A DNA stretch of 50,167 nt from Chlorobiota bacterium (GTDB lineage: Bacteria; Bacteroidota; Ignavibacteria; Ignavibacteriales; Melioribacteraceae), in the NCBI GenBank assembly GCA_013151245.1, contig JAADIR010000149.1, positions 1-50,167 on the forward strand, given 5' to 3'. A model generated the notes under the pieces. It did not search any database, was not told the DNA's origin, and saw only the letters and a list, made by a program, of their open reading frames with translations. The translations under genes were made by a program, and so were the position numbers. Position 1 is the first letter of the stretch, and every line of letters starts with the position of its first letter. This document shows, piece by piece, positions 25,365 to 38,626 of this stretch.

Positions 25365-25400
25365 AAGCCCGATGTTTTTACGTCGGGCTTTTTTCTTTTA
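25365..25400 (+). terminator. Rho-independent terminator of the cytochrome gene
   Basis: AAGCCCGATG-ttttta-CGTCGGGCTT (10-bp stem with one G-U) followed by ttttttctttt. Confidence 0.8.
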
Positions 25401-25452
25401 AACAATTCGGCGTTATAAATTCTTTGCGGCAAAGCGATAATTGACGCGGTTA

Positions 25453-26163
25453 TTATTTTTTTCTTAAAATATAAGTCGCTTTATCGCGCGTTACAAAAAG
25501 GAGCGCTTTAATGAAATTCTTTTTATTAAACGTCGTCAGTTCCTTTACCCAAGTTTTAAAATAACCGGAGCGGGAATAAAAAAGAATTTCGTAATCGTCT
25601 TGAAAATATTTTCGAAGCAGATTTTTTTTAGTAAAAGTAAACGGATGCCCTTTATCTATCAGGGCTTTTTCCATTAAACGCCTAACAAACTTACCCCACA
25701 AATTATAAGTGTTCTGCCGGAAGAAAACTATTCCGTTCTTTTTCAAAGTTCGTTTTATTTCGTTCATTACTTGCGGCGGGTCTTCGCAGTGGTCGAGCAC
25801 ATTATCGATAAGAATCAAATCGAATTTTTGATTTGGGAACGGCAAAGCTTCGCCTTTTCCGTTAAAATATTTTACCGTTTCATCGCGGTATGCGGTAAAG
25901 TTTTCAACCGATGAATAAAGGTCTTCCAGCGGATCGATTGCGTAACGTTCGCCGGATTCTTTGAAATGAGTTATTATTCCCGCCGCGCCGCTTCCTATTT
26001 CAAGTATGTTTGTGTCGCTTTTAATTTTGATATGCGGAGCGGCAAGTTTTTTCACCTCTTCCGCGAACGTTTCATAAAAAGTCATATCAACATTATCGCG
26101 GACGGATTTCCACCAATTTTGTTCGTATTCCTGCGCAAGTTCCCAACGGGATTTTTTATCCAT
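25453..26163 (-). CDS. Class I SAM-dependent methyltransferase
   Basis: 236 aa. Motif I ILEIGSGAAGI, an acidic post-I residue (YAIDP), and FDLILIDNVLDH / LKKNGIVFF typical of Methyltransf_11-like proteins. Confidence 0.8.
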   Translation of the reverse strand: MDKKSRWELAQEYEQNWWKSVRDNVDMTFYETFAEEVKKLAAPHIKIKSDTNILEIGSGAAGIITHFKESGERYAIDPLEDLYSSVENFTAYRDETVKYFNGKGEALPFPNQKFDLILIDNVLDHCEDPPQVMNEIKRTLKKNGIVFFRQNTYNLWGKFVRRLMEKALIDKGHPFTFTKKNLLRKYFQDDYEILFYSRSGYFKTWVKELTTFNKKNFIKALLFVTRDKATYILRKK

Positions 26164-26285
26164 AAAACTCTTTCCGGCGGTAAAATTATTGAAGAATAAT
26201 TATTTTATTGAACCGCAAATTAATAAAAATAACTAAGCATCGGAAAAGACTTTTGGTTTGCGCGGAATACGCCGAAGTTATCCGG

Positions 26286-28751
26286 TCACACAACGCTCTG
26301 AGGGTCAATGTCTATCAATACTTTAACGTTTTTGAAGCGGGAGAACCGGTTGAAATCAATATACGAATCGAGAACCGCGCTTCGCAATCCTTTGCCGCCG
26401 ACGTCAACGCTGCGGCGGCTTCTGACAATAATTTGGTAGCGGTAGAAGCCTTTCAATTTGTAGATTACCGCTTGGGTTACGGGAGAAACTTTTATCGGTT
26501 TTTCCTGTTTTAATAAATATTTATGCAAATCGTTTGCCGCGCCGCGCGCCTTTCTTTCTTCCTTATCTTTGGTCTCAATCAAACATAAACGGGTAAACGG
26601 CGGATATTCGCCGCGCATCCTGAGTTTGAGTTCTTTTTGATAAAACCCGTCGTAGTCGTTCGTCAGAACTTTTTCCAAAACGAAATTTTTCTTGTTCAGC
26701 GTTTGGATAATCACTTCGCCGGGTTTGGCGCTGCGTCCCGCTCTTCCCGCCACTTGAGTCAACAGCTGGAACGTGCGTTCGTCCGCGCGGAAATCGGGCA
26801 GCCATAAAGTTGTTTCGGCGGAAATTACGCCGACGAGCGTAACGTGTGAAAAATCAAGCCCTTTTGAAACCATTTGGGTGCCGACGAGAATATTCGTCTC
26901 GTTATTTTTAAATCTGTTTAAGATTGAAGTCAATTGCCCCCTTTTCATAATAGCGTCGGAATCCACGCGTTCGATTTTCACGTTAGGGAAATGATATTGA
27001 AGTTCGTCTTCAACCCGCTGCGTTCCCGTGCCGAAAAACTTCAGCGAAAGCGAGCCGCAATTAGGGCACTCGCGCGGAACGTCGCGTATTGTGCCGCAAT
27101 AATGACATTGAACTTTATTTGCGTCGAGGTGATGCACCATAGGCACGGAGCAATTGTCGCATGTAATTAATTCTCCGCAGTCATCGCAGTAAACCTGCGT
27201 CGCAAATCCGCGTCTGTTCTGAAGAATAATTACTCCTTCTTTTTTTCTAAGTTTTTCCGCTATTGAGTTAATAAGAGTCTGAGAAAAGATATGTTCCATT
27301 CTCTTCTTCTTTTTTTCCGCCGTGATATCAATCAGCCGGATATGCGGAAGTTTTGCGTCGTCAATTCTTTCCTTCAATTCCAGATATTCATATTTCCCGG
27401 TTTCCGCGTTGTAGCGGCTTTCAATCGACGGCGTAGCGGAGCCGAGTATGATCGGGCATTTATAAAGATTAGCTTTAACCACGGCGGCGTCGCGGGCGTT
27501 GTATCTCGGCGTCATATCCCATTGTTTGTAACTTGCGTCGTGTTCTTCGTCAACGACAATAAGCCCGAGATTGTTCAAGGGAGAAAAAAGCGCCGAGCGC
27601 GCGCCGATAACGACTTTATATTTTCCCGAAATTATACCGCGCCAAGAATCGTATCTTTCGCCGTGCGACGTCCGGCTGTGAATGACGGTAACCAAACCGC
27701 CGAAGTTGTGCGTAAATCTTGTTGTTATCTGCGGCGTTAATGAAATTTCCGGAACTAATATCAGCGCGGTTTTTCCAAGCGCGAGAGCTTTTTTTGTTAA
27801 TTCGATATAGACTTGCGTTTTTCCGCTTCCCGTAATTCCGTGAAGGAGAAACGGTTTAAAATTTCCGAGCCGAATATTCTCCGTGATACCGGAAATAATT
27901 TTCCGCTGATCCGCCGTGGGCGTGAGGGTTTGCGAATCTTCGGAATATAAATCGCTGAAAACCCGTTCAATTTCTTTCTCAAATATTTCGACAAATCCCT
28001 TTTTTTGAAGAGATTCAACAGAGGATTGACTTGCTTTTGTTTTTTTTAGCAGCTCGCTTAATTGAACTTCAAATTCCTTTACGGTCGTAAGCTCAAGTAG
28101 AATTGTAAATTGCTTCGGAGAACGTTTTTCCAGCGAGGGGAGCGCGTCGTATATTTCATCTATCGGCTTGGCGAGCTTTACGAAGTTTAAAGTTTTCGTT
28201 CGGACTTTTGCGTTTTCAATTTGATAGACAATTGTTATTGCGCCCGCTTTTTCGAGAGATTTGAGCTGAGAATAAATGTTTTTTCTTCCCGCAATTTTTT
28301 GAATTGTAGTAATTCTCGCGCTCTCTTTTTCGCTGAGGAACTCTGCAATTCTTGAGCGGACTGAAGATTTATTCTTTTCTTTCTCAAAAATTTCTCTACA
28401 CTTTGCAGTATCCGGAACGACAATCTTTTTCGATTCAACCGAAAGTCCCGCCGGCACGGAATGGCGAAGCGCTTCGCCGAGAGAACATAAGTAATAATCG
28501 GCGAGCCATTCGTAAAATTTCAATTCTACGTCGCTGAAAATAGGTTCGCTATCCAGCGCGTCAATTATAGGTTTTATCTTTGCCTTTACGTCGGTCTTTT
28601 CTTTAACGGAGATAACGAATCCCGTTAAAACTCTTTTTCCGAAAGGCGCAACAACCCTAATTCCCGTTTTTACGACGCGGGAAAATTCGCTCGGCACGCT
28701 GTAAGTAAACGCGTTTCTAAACGGCATCGGAAAGACGACTTCGGCAAACAT
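26286..28751 (-). CDS. priA: Primosomal protein N' (replication restart helicase)
   Basis: 821 aa. Walker A GITGSGKTQVY, DEEHD box, Cys-rich zinc region CDDCGELITCDNCSVPMVHH...CHYCG...CPNCGS, and helicase C motifs QVAGRAGR. Confidence 0.95.
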   Translation of the reverse strand: MFAEVVFPMPFRNAFTYSVPSEFSRVVKTGIRVVAPFGKRVLTGFVISVKEKTDVKAKIKPIIDALDSEPIFSDVELKFYEWLADYYLCSLGEALRHSVPAGLSVESKKIVVPDTAKCREIFEKEKNKSSVRSRIAEFLSEKESARITTIQKIAGRKNIYSQLKSLEKAGAITIVYQIENAKVRTKTLNFVKLAKPIDEIYDALPSLEKRSPKQFTILLELTTVKEFEVQLSELLKKTKASQSSVESLQKKGFVEIFEKEIERVFSDLYSEDSQTLTPTADQRKIISGITENIRLGNFKPFLLHGITGSGKTQVYIELTKKALALGKTALILVPEISLTPQITTRFTHNFGGLVTVIHSRTSHGERYDSWRGIISGKYKVVIGARSALFSPLNNLGLIVVDEEHDASYKQWDMTPRYNARDAAVVKANLYKCPIILGSATPSIESRYNAETGKYEYLELKERIDDAKLPHIRLIDITAEKKKKRMEHIFSQTLINSIAEKLRKKEGVIILQNRRGFATQVYCDDCGELITCDNCSVPMVHHLDANKVQCHYCGTIRDVPRECPNCGSLSLKFFGTGTQRVEDELQYHFPNVKIERVDSDAIMKRGQLTSILNRFKNNETNILVGTQMVSKGLDFSHVTLVGVISAETTLWLPDFRADERTFQLLTQVAGRAGRSAKPGEVIIQTLNKKNFVLEKVLTNDYDGFYQKELKLRMRGEYPPFTRLCLIETKDKEERKARGAANDLHKYLLKQEKPIKVSPVTQAVIYKLKGFYRYQIIVRSRRSVDVGGKGLRSAVLDSYIDFNRFSRFKNVKVLIDIDPQSVV

Positions 28752-28855
28752 TAAATTCCTTCAATAAAACTGATAAAATGATTTTTAAGTTTGTTTGTTA
28801 ATTATAAAACTTTTATCTTCGCAAAACAATTTTAACAAAAACGGAGATATCTTTT

Positions 28856-29356
28856 ATGAAAAAAACCGCATTTATTTTTCTTGCTCTATTGCTCGGCGTT
28901 AGTTTAACTTTTGCCGACGGAGGTAAAAAATACGGAAAAGATTTAACATTGACAAAAACAACAAAAGTTTCCGAAATTCTTGAAAACCCGGAACAATATG
29001 ACGGAAAGAAAGTTCTTATCGAAGGAACCGTCGTAAACGTATGCAAAAAAGCCGGCTGCTGGATTGAAATTGCGGGCGATAAAGATTATGAATCAATAAC
29101 GGTAAAAGTTAACGACGGCGAAATAGTTTTTCCCGCCGACGCCAAAGGGAAAACCGCAGTGGTTGAGGGCGAAGTTTTTTCAGTAGTTCCTAAATCAGAA
29201 GCCGGCTGTAAAGGAGAAGGCGGAGACAAAGAATGCGGAGATAAAGAAAAAGGCGAAAAGAGCGAAAACCACGAAAACTGCAAAGACAAACAAGTAAAAA
29301 AAGAAACGCCGCAGAAAAAATATCTTATTAAAGGAATCGGAGCGGTTATAAAATAA
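28856..29356 (+). CDS. DUF4920-like secreted protein with Cys/Glu/Lys-rich tail
   Basis: 166 aa with a signal peptide. ...YDGKKVLIEGTVVNVCKKAGCWIEIAGD...ITVKVNDGEIVFPADAKGKTAVVEGEV resembles DUF4920. The tail is CKGEGGDKECGDKEKGEKSENHENCKD. Confidence 0.65.
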   Translation: MKKTAFIFLALLLGVSLTFADGGKKYGKDLTLTKTTKVSEILENPEQYDGKKVLIEGTVVNVCKKAGCWIEIAGDKDYESITVKVNDGEIVFPADAKGKTAVVEGEVFSVVPKSEAGCKGEGGDKECGDKEKGEKSENHENCKDKQVKKETPQKKYLIKGIGAVIK

Positions 29357-29385
29357 ATTTTCAATATCTTTGTATGCAAAATTTA

Positions 29386-29421
29386 AAGGCTAATTCTATT
29401 TTTTGAATTAGCCTTTTTTTG
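29386..29421 (+). terminator. Rho-independent terminator
   Basis: AAGGCTAATTC-tatttttt-GAATTAGCCTT followed by tttttt. It is a perfect 11-bp stem. Confidence 0.8.
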
Positions 29422-29500
29422 TTATTCTTTTCGCGCCGTAGCTTATTTTTAAGCGGCGGACGCTGAATTATTATTGACTCTCAAATGTTACGGAGAATTT

Positions 29501-30055
29501 ATGAAGTGGCGGAAAGTTGTTAGAATTCTGCATCGCGATTTCGGTTATCTCGCTTTCGGATTGACAATCATTTATGCCGTGTCGGGTATTGCGGTCAATC
29601 ATACAAGCGATTGGAATCCTAATTATGTTATCTCGCGCGATTCTTTGAAAATTCCGCCGACGCGAGATTCCTCTCTTTCCAAAGAAGAAATGGTCGCTTA
29701 TGTAATAACAAACTTGAATGAAAAAGATTCCGTTATCAGTTCGTTCAAATCTTCGCCAATGGTGGTCGATATTTTTTTCGACGGAAAATCGTACAAAGCC
29801 GATCTTAAAACCGGAAGAATAAAAGCGGAGATAGTTGAAGATAGAGCCGTAATCCGTCAAACAAATTATCTTCATTTGAACGCGCCGAAAAAAATATGGA
29901 CTTACGTCGCCGACGCTTTCGCCGTAATTTTAATTCTTCTTTCTGTCACGGGATTATTTATGATTAAAGGAAAGAAGGGGATAACGGGGCGCGGTAAATG
30001 GCTTACCGTTTTGGGCGTGTTAATACCGATAATTTTCTTAATTATTTATTTCTGA
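29501..30055 (+). CDS. PepSY-associated TM-helix family membrane protein
   Basis: I chose ATG 29501 (SD cggag). MKWRKVVRILHRDFGYLAFGLTIIYAVSGIAVNH is the typical PepSY_TM N-terminus, and there is a C-terminal TM pair. Confidence 0.6.
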   Translation: MKWRKVVRILHRDFGYLAFGLTIIYAVSGIAVNHTSDWNPNYVISRDSLKIPPTRDSSLSKEEMVAYVITNLNEKDSVISSFKSSPMVVDIFFDGKSYKADLKTGRIKAEIVEDRAVIRQTNYLHLNAPKKIWTYVADAFAVILILLSVTGLFMIKGKKGITGRGKWLTVLGVLIPIIFLIIYF

Positions 30056-30180
30056 TCCGTTTAAGCAAATCCGCCCTAAATTCTTGTTTCTTCTCGAAAA
30101 ATAAAGATTTTGCTGTATTTAATTCATTGAATATCTACTATATATTTAATATATTTCTATGTTAAATTAAGGAGCGAAAA

Positions 30181-31320
30181 ATGGAATTTAAAGTAAACAG
30201 CAAGGAACTTGAAAAACACTTAAATAGAGTAATTCCCGCAATACCTTCCAGAACGCCGATGCCTATTTTGGAAAATTTTCTGTTTGATATCAAAGACGGT
30301 CTGCTGACAATTTACGCTACCGATTTGGAAATTTCTTTAAAATCATCTTTCGGAATTGCCGCCGACGGAGATATTGACGCGCTGATTCCGGCAAAACTTC
30401 TTCATAATGTCGTTAGAGCTTTGGGCGACACGTCGATAAATTTTGAATTCACCGAAAACGGAAAACTTATCCTCAAAACCGATAACGGCGTTTATACTCT
30501 CAGTTTTTTGGGAACGGCGGATTATCCCGAAATTCCCGATTTCCCCGGCGATAAACTTGGAAGCGAGGAACTGCAAGAATTGATAATCAACGGCGAGGAC
30601 TTAAAATCGGCGCTCGATAAATCGGTTTTTGCAATTGCAAAAGAAGAAATGCGCCCGGCGCTAACCGGCGTTCTTTTTGAATTCAGCGACGAAGGGTTGC
30701 GGTTTGTGGCTACGGACGGACACCGTTTGGCAAATATAATTTACAAAAAATATAAATTAGGCGAAGAAGAAAAGAAGCGGTATATTGTCCCCGAAAGAGC
30801 CGTTTCGGTCGTTATAAAAGCGCTCGACGAAAAAGACGTAAAAATCTATTTAAGCGCCACCCATATCTCGTTTGTTATGAACGATATGGAATTGATTACA
30901 AGACTGATCGCTCAAAAATATCCCGACTATTCCGCGGTAATTCCGCTTGAAAATGAATTCACAATGAAAATTGACGCAAACGTCATTTTGGACGTCGTGA
31001 AAAGAATGATGTTTTTCTCAATCAGCGGAACTAAAAAAATCAAGTTCTCAATTTCGGAAAGTAAATTGGAAATTTCCGCCGAAGATATTGACAGAGGCGC
31101 CTCGGCGGACGAAACGCTTGAATGCGAATATAACGGCGAACCTCTGGATATCGGTTTTAATTCGATGTACATAAATGATATACTTAGTCACTTAACGTCT
31201 GAGAAAGAATTGATTTTTAATCTTCATTCGCCGACTAAAGCCGTCGTAATTACGCCGGTTGAACAAAAAGAAGACGTTGAATTAATGATGCTAATTATGC
31301 CCGTGCGTTTGAACAATTGA
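30181..31320 (+). CDS. dnaN: DNA polymerase III beta sliding clamp
   Basis: 379 aa. SD aaggag. The N-terminus ...LNRVIPAIPSRTPMPILENFLF...LTIYATDLEISL and the C-terminal ...LIMPVRL are typical of DnaN. It is followed by recF. Confidence 0.95.
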   Translation: MEFKVNSKELEKHLNRVIPAIPSRTPMPILENFLFDIKDGLLTIYATDLEISLKSSFGIAADGDIDALIPAKLLHNVVRALGDTSINFEFTENGKLILKTDNGVYTLSFLGTADYPEIPDFPGDKLGSEELQELIINGEDLKSALDKSVFAIAKEEMRPALTGVLFEFSDEGLRFVATDGHRLANIIYKKYKLGEEEKKRYIVPERAVSVVIKALDEKDVKIYLSATHISFVMNDMELITRLIAQKYPDYSAVIPLENEFTMKIDANVILDVVKRMMFFSISGTKKIKFSISESKLEISAEDIDRGASADETLECEYNGEPLDIGFNSMYINDILSHLTSEKELIFNLHSPTKAVVITPVEQKEDVELMMLIMPVRLNN

Positions 31321-31321
31321 A

Positions 31322-32426
31322 ATGTTGCTTAAAGTTTTAGAATTAAAAAATTTCAGATTACATAAAAACTCACGCATCAGCTTTTCGGATAAATTAAATT
31401 ACATTATCGGGGGCAACGGGCAGGGTAAAACTTCGGCGCTCGAAGCTATTTACTATTTATGCACAACGAAAAATTTGAATCAGGCGGCTGATAGCGAGGC
31501 TGTAAATTTTAACGAAAGAATGTTTGAAATAAAAGGTTTATTCAGCGAATTGACGGAAAATAAAGTTAGATTTTTTTACGAGTTAGATAGCGGAAAAAAG
31601 AATTACTTCCTGGACGAAAAACAAGTTCACAGAGCTTCCGCAATAATTGGAAAGTTTCCCGTCGTTACTCTCACGCAGACCGACCACGCGATTACCGCCG
31701 GTTCTCCCGCCGGAAGAAGGAAGATGGTGGATTCTATCATATCGCAAGCGAGCGCGGCGTATTTAAGAATTCTTCTGGATTATAACAAAACATTAAAACA
31801 GCGTTCGGCGCTCCTTTCACAAATTAGAGAGACGCGCGATTATTCGCTTCTTACAGAGCTTGACGCCTGGAACGAATCGCTGATTAACAACGGAGTGGAA
31901 ATAATTAAACACCGAATAAATTTTGCGAAAGATTTTTCGTCTTATGTTTCAAAAGCATATCTGCGCATTATGGCTGAAAAGGAAACGCCGTCGATTGAGT
32001 ATCGGCATCTTGCGGTTGAAAACGAAGAAAATATTCGGGATGCGTTCCATAAAAGAATATCGGCAATGCGCGAAGACGAACTGAGAAGGGCGACTAATTT
32101 AGTTGGACCGCACCGCGACGATTTTATGTTCAAAATTAACGGAATGGAGCTGCGTAAATTCGGTTCGCAAGGGCAGCACAAAACTTTTCAGATTGCGCTC
32201 CGCTTCGGGCAGTTTTTCTATTTGCAAGACGCTCTTTCGAAAACTCCCGTTTTTCTGCTGGATGATGTTTTCGGAGAATTGGATTCCTTCCGCGCCGGTA
32301 AAATCAGCGAATTTCTTACCGAGGTTGGACAGGCGTTTATTACGATGACTGATTTCAGCCGTTTGGAACGGTTGCAGAGAAATGAATCCGACAAAGTAAT
32401 TGAAGTTAACAACGGAACGATAGCTT

Positions 32427-32434
<8 letters not shown>
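31322..32434 (+). CDS. recF: DNA replication/repair protein RecF
   Basis: 370 aa. Walker A GGNGQGKTSALEA, signature FGSQGQHKT, Walker B FLLDDVFGELD. Confidence 0.95.
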
Positions 32435-34677
<2,243 letters not shown>

Positions 34678-34724
34678 CATTAGCGGAATTTATTCACACA
34701 TAAAGTAGAGAGAATTTAAGAATT

Positions 34725-37208
34725 ATGTCCGATTTATTTGAAAACGTTGTACCTATCTCGTTAGAAGACGAAATGAAGTCTTCATATATTGATTATGCTA
34801 TGTCGGTTATTGTTGCAAGAGCTTTGCCCGACGTGCGCGACGGCTTAAAGCCTGTTCACAGAAGAGTTCTTTACGGAATGAACGAACTCAGCATGTCTTA
34901 TAATAAACCTTTTAAAAAGTCGGCAAGAATCGTCGGCGAGGTTCTCGGAAAGTTTCACCCTCACGGCGACAGCGCCGTTTACGATACGATGGTTAGAATG
35001 GTGCAGAGTTTTTCGCTTCGATATCCGCTGATTGACGGGCAGGGAAACTTCGGATCGGTTGACGGCGATTCCGCTGCGGCAATGCGTTATACGGAAGTAA
35101 GACTCCGCCGTATCTCCGAAGAAATGCTCCGCGATCTCGACAAAAACACGGTGGAGTTCGTTCCGAACTTTGACGATTCGCTTCAAGAACCGACTGTTCT
35201 TCCTTCATACATACCGAATCTTCTGATAAACGGCGCCAGCGGGATTGCGGTCGGAATGGCTACAAACATTCCTCCGCATAATATTACGGAAGTTATTAAC
35301 GGAATTATAGCTTTGATTGAAAAACCGAATCTTACAAATGAAGATTTGATGGAATTTGTAACCGCGCCCGACTTTCCGACGGGCGGAATCATTTACGGCT
35401 ACGAAGGCGTAAGGAACGCTTACACAACGGGACGCGGAAAAGTTATTATCCGCGCAAGGGCAAACGTTGAAACGTTTAAAAACGACAGAGAAAATATTGT
35501 AATCACGGAACTTCCGTATCAAGTTAATAAAGCTAATTTAATTGAAAAGATTGCCGAACTCGTAAGAGCCCAGAAAATTACCGATATCACAAACGTAAGA
35601 GACGAATCGGATAAAGACGGTCTTCGCGTTGTGATTGAGCTTAAACGCGACGCGCAGCCGGCGGTTGTGTTAAATCAGTTATTCAAACACACGCAAATGC
35701 AGGTTACATTCGGCGTTATTATGCTTGCGCTTGTAAGAGGCGTTCCGAAAGTTCTTACGCTTCGCGAAATGATGCAGCATTTTATCGATCATAGAGTGGA
35801 CGTTCTTGTAAAAAGAACAAAATACGAACTTGAAGCGGCGGAACGACGGGCGCATATCTTGGAAGGCTACATTATTGCGCTTGATAATATCGACGAAGTG
35901 ATCGCGACAATCAAAAAATCAAAAGACGTTGAAACCGCTAAAAACGGGTTGATGAAAAAGTTCGGACTTTCCGAAATTCAAGCTAAAGCGATTTTGGATA
36001 TGCGTCTGCAAAGACTTACCGGATTAGAAAGACAGAAAATTGAAAACGAATATAAAGAAACATTAAAAACAATTGAAAGATTGCGCGGTATTTTAGAGAG
36101 CGAAAAGAGACAGTTCAAAATAATCAAAGAAGAACTGCTTGCCGTGCAAGAAAGATACGGAGACGAAAGAAGAACGGAAGTTATTTTAGACACTAAAGAA
36201 TTTTCGCTTGAAGATATCATTGCCGAAGAAGACGTCGTAGTAACTATTTCGCACCGCGGGTTCATCAAAAGATTTCCGGTAAGCGGTTATCGCAGACAGG
36301 GACGCGGCGGCAAAGGCGTTACCGGCGCGGGCACAAAAGACGAGGACTTTATCGAACACATGTTTATCGCTTCAACGCATCAATACATAATGTTCTTTAC
36401 CGATAAAGGAAAAGTCTTTTGGCTTAAAGTTCACGAGATTCCCGAATCCGGAAGAACGGCGCGCGGACGCTCGATTCTTAACCTTCTTCAAAAGGACAGA
36501 GACGAAGAGATAACCGCATTTATTGCCGTTAAAGAATTTTCGTCCGACAAATATTTGGTAATGGTAACCGAACGCGGCACGATTAAGAAAACCGTTCTTT
36601 CGGCGTATTCCAACGTTCGCAAGGGCGGAATACAAGCGATCAATCTGGTAAAAGAAGACCGCCTGATTGAAGTGAAACTTACCGACGGCAAAAGCGATAT
36701 CGTAATCGGCACGAGAAACGGAATGGCGATCCGCTTCCACGAAACAGACGTAAGAGAAATGGGAAGAACCGCAACGGGCGTTAGAGGAATAAGATTATCG
36801 CCTGGCGATATCGTTATCGGATTTATTGTCGTTCACGCCGGTTCGACTCTTCTCGTTGTAACCAACAAAGGCTTCGGCAAACGAAGCAGTTTGGACGATT
36901 ACAGAATAACAAAACGCGGCGGAAAGGGAATCATCACCGTTAAAACAGGCGAAAAAACCGGCAAGATGATTGCCATGCTTGAAGTAAGCGAGAAAGACGA
37001 ACTCGTTATAATTACCGAAAAGGGAATGGTTATAAGACAAGGGTTAAAAGCGATCCGCGTTATGGGACGGAATACGCAGGGCGTTAGAGTTATCAGGATG
37101 AAAGAAGGCGATTCAATTGCGGATATCGCCAAAGTAGTAGTTGTCGATGATAAAGATGTAACTAACGGCGGCGACGAAGATGTAGAAGAAAATAATTTAT
37201 TAAATTAG
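34725..37208 (+). CDS. gyrA: DNA gyrase subunit A
   Basis: 827 aa. [22 protein letters not shown] (QRDR), active-site AAMRYTE, a C-terminal beta-pinwheel with GyrA-box-like QGRGGKG, and an acidic tail. Confidence 0.97.
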   Translation: MSDLFENVVPISLEDEMKSSYIDYAMSVIVARALPDVRDGLKPVHRRVLYGMNELSMSYNKPFKKSARIVGEVLGKFHPHGDSAVYDTMVRMVQSFSLRYPLIDGQGNFGSVDGDSAAAMRYTEVRLRRISEEMLRDLDKNTVEFVPNFDDSLQEPTVLPSYIPNLLINGASGIAVGMATNIPPHNITEVINGIIALIEKPNLTNEDLMEFVTAPDFPTGGIIYGYEGVRNAYTTGRGKVIIRARANVETFKNDRENIVITELPYQVNKANLIEKIAELVRAQKITDITNVRDESDKDGLRVVIELKRDAQPAVVLNQLFKHTQMQVTFGVIMLALVRGVPKVLTLREMMQHFIDHRVDVLVKRTKYELEAAERRAHILEGYIIALDNIDEVIATIKKSKDVETAKNGLMKKFGLSEIQAKAILDMRLQRLTGLERQKIENEYKETLKTIERLRGILESEKRQFKIIKEELLAVQERYGDERRTEVILDTKEFSLEDIIAEEDVVVTISHRGFIKRFPVSGYRRQGRGGKGVTGAGTKDEDFIEHMFIASTHQYIMFFTDKGKVFWLKVHEIPESGRTARGRSILNLLQKDRDEEITAFIAVKEFSSDKYLVMVTERGTIKKTVLSAYSNVRKGGIQAINLVKEDRLIEVKLTDGKSDIVIGTRNGMAIRFHETDVREMGRTATGVRGIRLSPGDIVIGFIVVHAGSTLLVVTNKGFGKRSSLDDYRITKRGGKGIITVKTGEKTGKMIAMLEVSEKDELVIITEKGMVIRQGLKAIRVMGRNTQGVRVIRMKEGDSIADIAKVVVVDDKDVTNGGDEDVEENNLLN

Positions 37209-37226
37209 TTAGTTAAAGAGGTTAAA

Positions 37227-38411
37227 ATGTCAGATCACGAAAATGTAAAATTTGATTCAAAATGCGTTCACGCGGGCGTCGGCGATTATCAGTTCGGTCC
37301 GGTCGTTCCGCCCATTTATCAAACTTCGACTTTCAAATTTGAATCGACTCAACAGGGAGCCGCTCTTTTCAAAGGAGAAGAAAAAGGTTATATCTATACG
37401 CGGATGAGCAATCCGACGGTTGAAGCGATGGAAAATTCAGTAGCCGCGTTAGAAGGCGGTTACAAAGCTCTCGGCTGCGCAAGCGGGATGGCGGCTATTC
37501 ATACGGCTTTTGCCGCTTTGCTGAACGGCGGCGACCATGTCGTTTGTTCAAAATCGGTTTACGGACCGACTTCAACGCTGCTCGCTACGGTATTGAGTAA
37601 ATTTTTGATCGACACGACTTTCGTTAATCCGTCCGATCTGAGCAACATTGAAAATGCAATGACCGACAGAACAACCGTCGTTTATATTGAAACGCCGGGC
37701 AACCCGACTTTGGAAACGACCGATTTGGAAGGCGCGGCAAAAATTGCGCACGAACACGGAGCTATGCTTGTCGTTGATAACACTTTCATGAGTCCCGCGC
37801 TTCAGCGTCCTTTTGAATTCGGCGCAGACGTCGTCGTTCACAGCATGACGAAATTTTTAAACGGTCACGCCGACGTTGTGGGTGGAATTATCGTCGTAAA
37901 AGACGAAGAGCTTTATCCCATTTTCAGAACGACGCTAAATCAAATAGGCGGCGTTATCGATCCGTTTAATTCCTTTCTCGTTCACAGAGGAATTAAAACG
38001 CTTTCGCTCAGAATGGAAAAAAGTTCGGAGAATGCCGTAAAGATTGCCGAATATCTCGAAGCTCATCCGAAAGTGGAGTGGGTTCGTTATCCCGGTTTGA
38101 AATCTTTCCCGCAATATGAAGTAGCGCAAAAGCAGCACGATTTGCCGGGAGGAATGATTTCGTTTGAATTAAAAGGCGGACACGACGCGGGGGAAGTGCT
38201 GATGAATTCCGTTAAACTCTGCACGCTGGCGGTAAGTCTCGGCGGAGTTGAAACTCTTATTCAGCATCCGGCAAGTATGACGCATCTTTCTATGGGAAAG
38301 GAAGCGAGAGAATCCGCGGGCATAACCGACGGCTTGGTAAGACTTTCGGTTGGAATTGAAAACGTCGATGATTTAATCGCCGATTTGGAACAAGCGTTGG
38401 AAAAAGTTTAA
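37227..38411 (+). CDS. PLP-dependent Cys/Met-metabolism enzyme (methionine gamma-lyase / cystathionine gamma-synthase family)
   Basis: 394 aa. YTRMSNPT, DNTFMSP, and the PLP-lysine motif HSMTKFLNGHADVVGG. The exact reaction cannot be assigned from sequence alone. Confidence 0.85.
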   Translation: MSDHENVKFDSKCVHAGVGDYQFGPVVPPIYQTSTFKFESTQQGAALFKGEEKGYIYTRMSNPTVEAMENSVAALEGGYKALGCASGMAAIHTAFAALLNGGDHVVCSKSVYGPTSTLLATVLSKFLIDTTFVNPSDLSNIENAMTDRTTVVYIETPGNPTLETTDLEGAAKIAHEHGAMLVVDNTFMSPALQRPFEFGADVVVHSMTKFLNGHADVVGGIIVVKDEELYPIFRTTLNQIGGVIDPFNSFLVHRGIKTLSLRMEKSSENAVKIAEYLEAHPKVEWVRYPGLKSFPQYEVAQKQHDLPGGMISFELKGGHDAGEVLMNSVKLCTLAVSLGGVETLIQHPASMTHLSMGKEARESAGITDGLVRLSVGIENVDDLIADLEQALEKV

Positions 38412-38443
38412 TCCGGAATCGCAATTAGAATTAAAAGACAAGA

Positions 38444-38622
38444 GTCATTGCGAGGATTCCCGAACTATTTCGGGACGATGCGGCAATCTGTCACATCAGG
38501 GAAGAAGTAAGAAGGGAGAGGTAAGAGAGAATATGTAGCCGCAAGCTTCAGCTTGCGCGGAGCGTTGTTTTTACAATAGATTGCCGCGCTCTTTCGACAA
38601 GTCGGGAACGCTTGCGACAGCG
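38444..38622. repeat. Composite palindromic repeat element between convergent genes
   Basis: The left unit gtcattgcgaggaTTCCCGAActatTTCGGGAcgatGCGGCAATCTgt and the right unit acaatAGATTGCCGCgctcTTTCGACaaGTCGGGAacgcttgcgacagc are inverted copies of one ~45-nt unit. They flank a central hairpin CCGCAAGC-ttca-GCTTGCGcGG (38539-38560). Confidence 0.55.
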
Positions 38623-38626
38623 TTTG

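Noticed and set aside
30056-30180. AT-rich spacer upstream of dnaN as a possible oriC
   Set aside because: It is only ~125 nt, I could find no DnaA-box-like 9-mers, and dnaA is absent from the window. It is more simply the dnaN promoter and leader.
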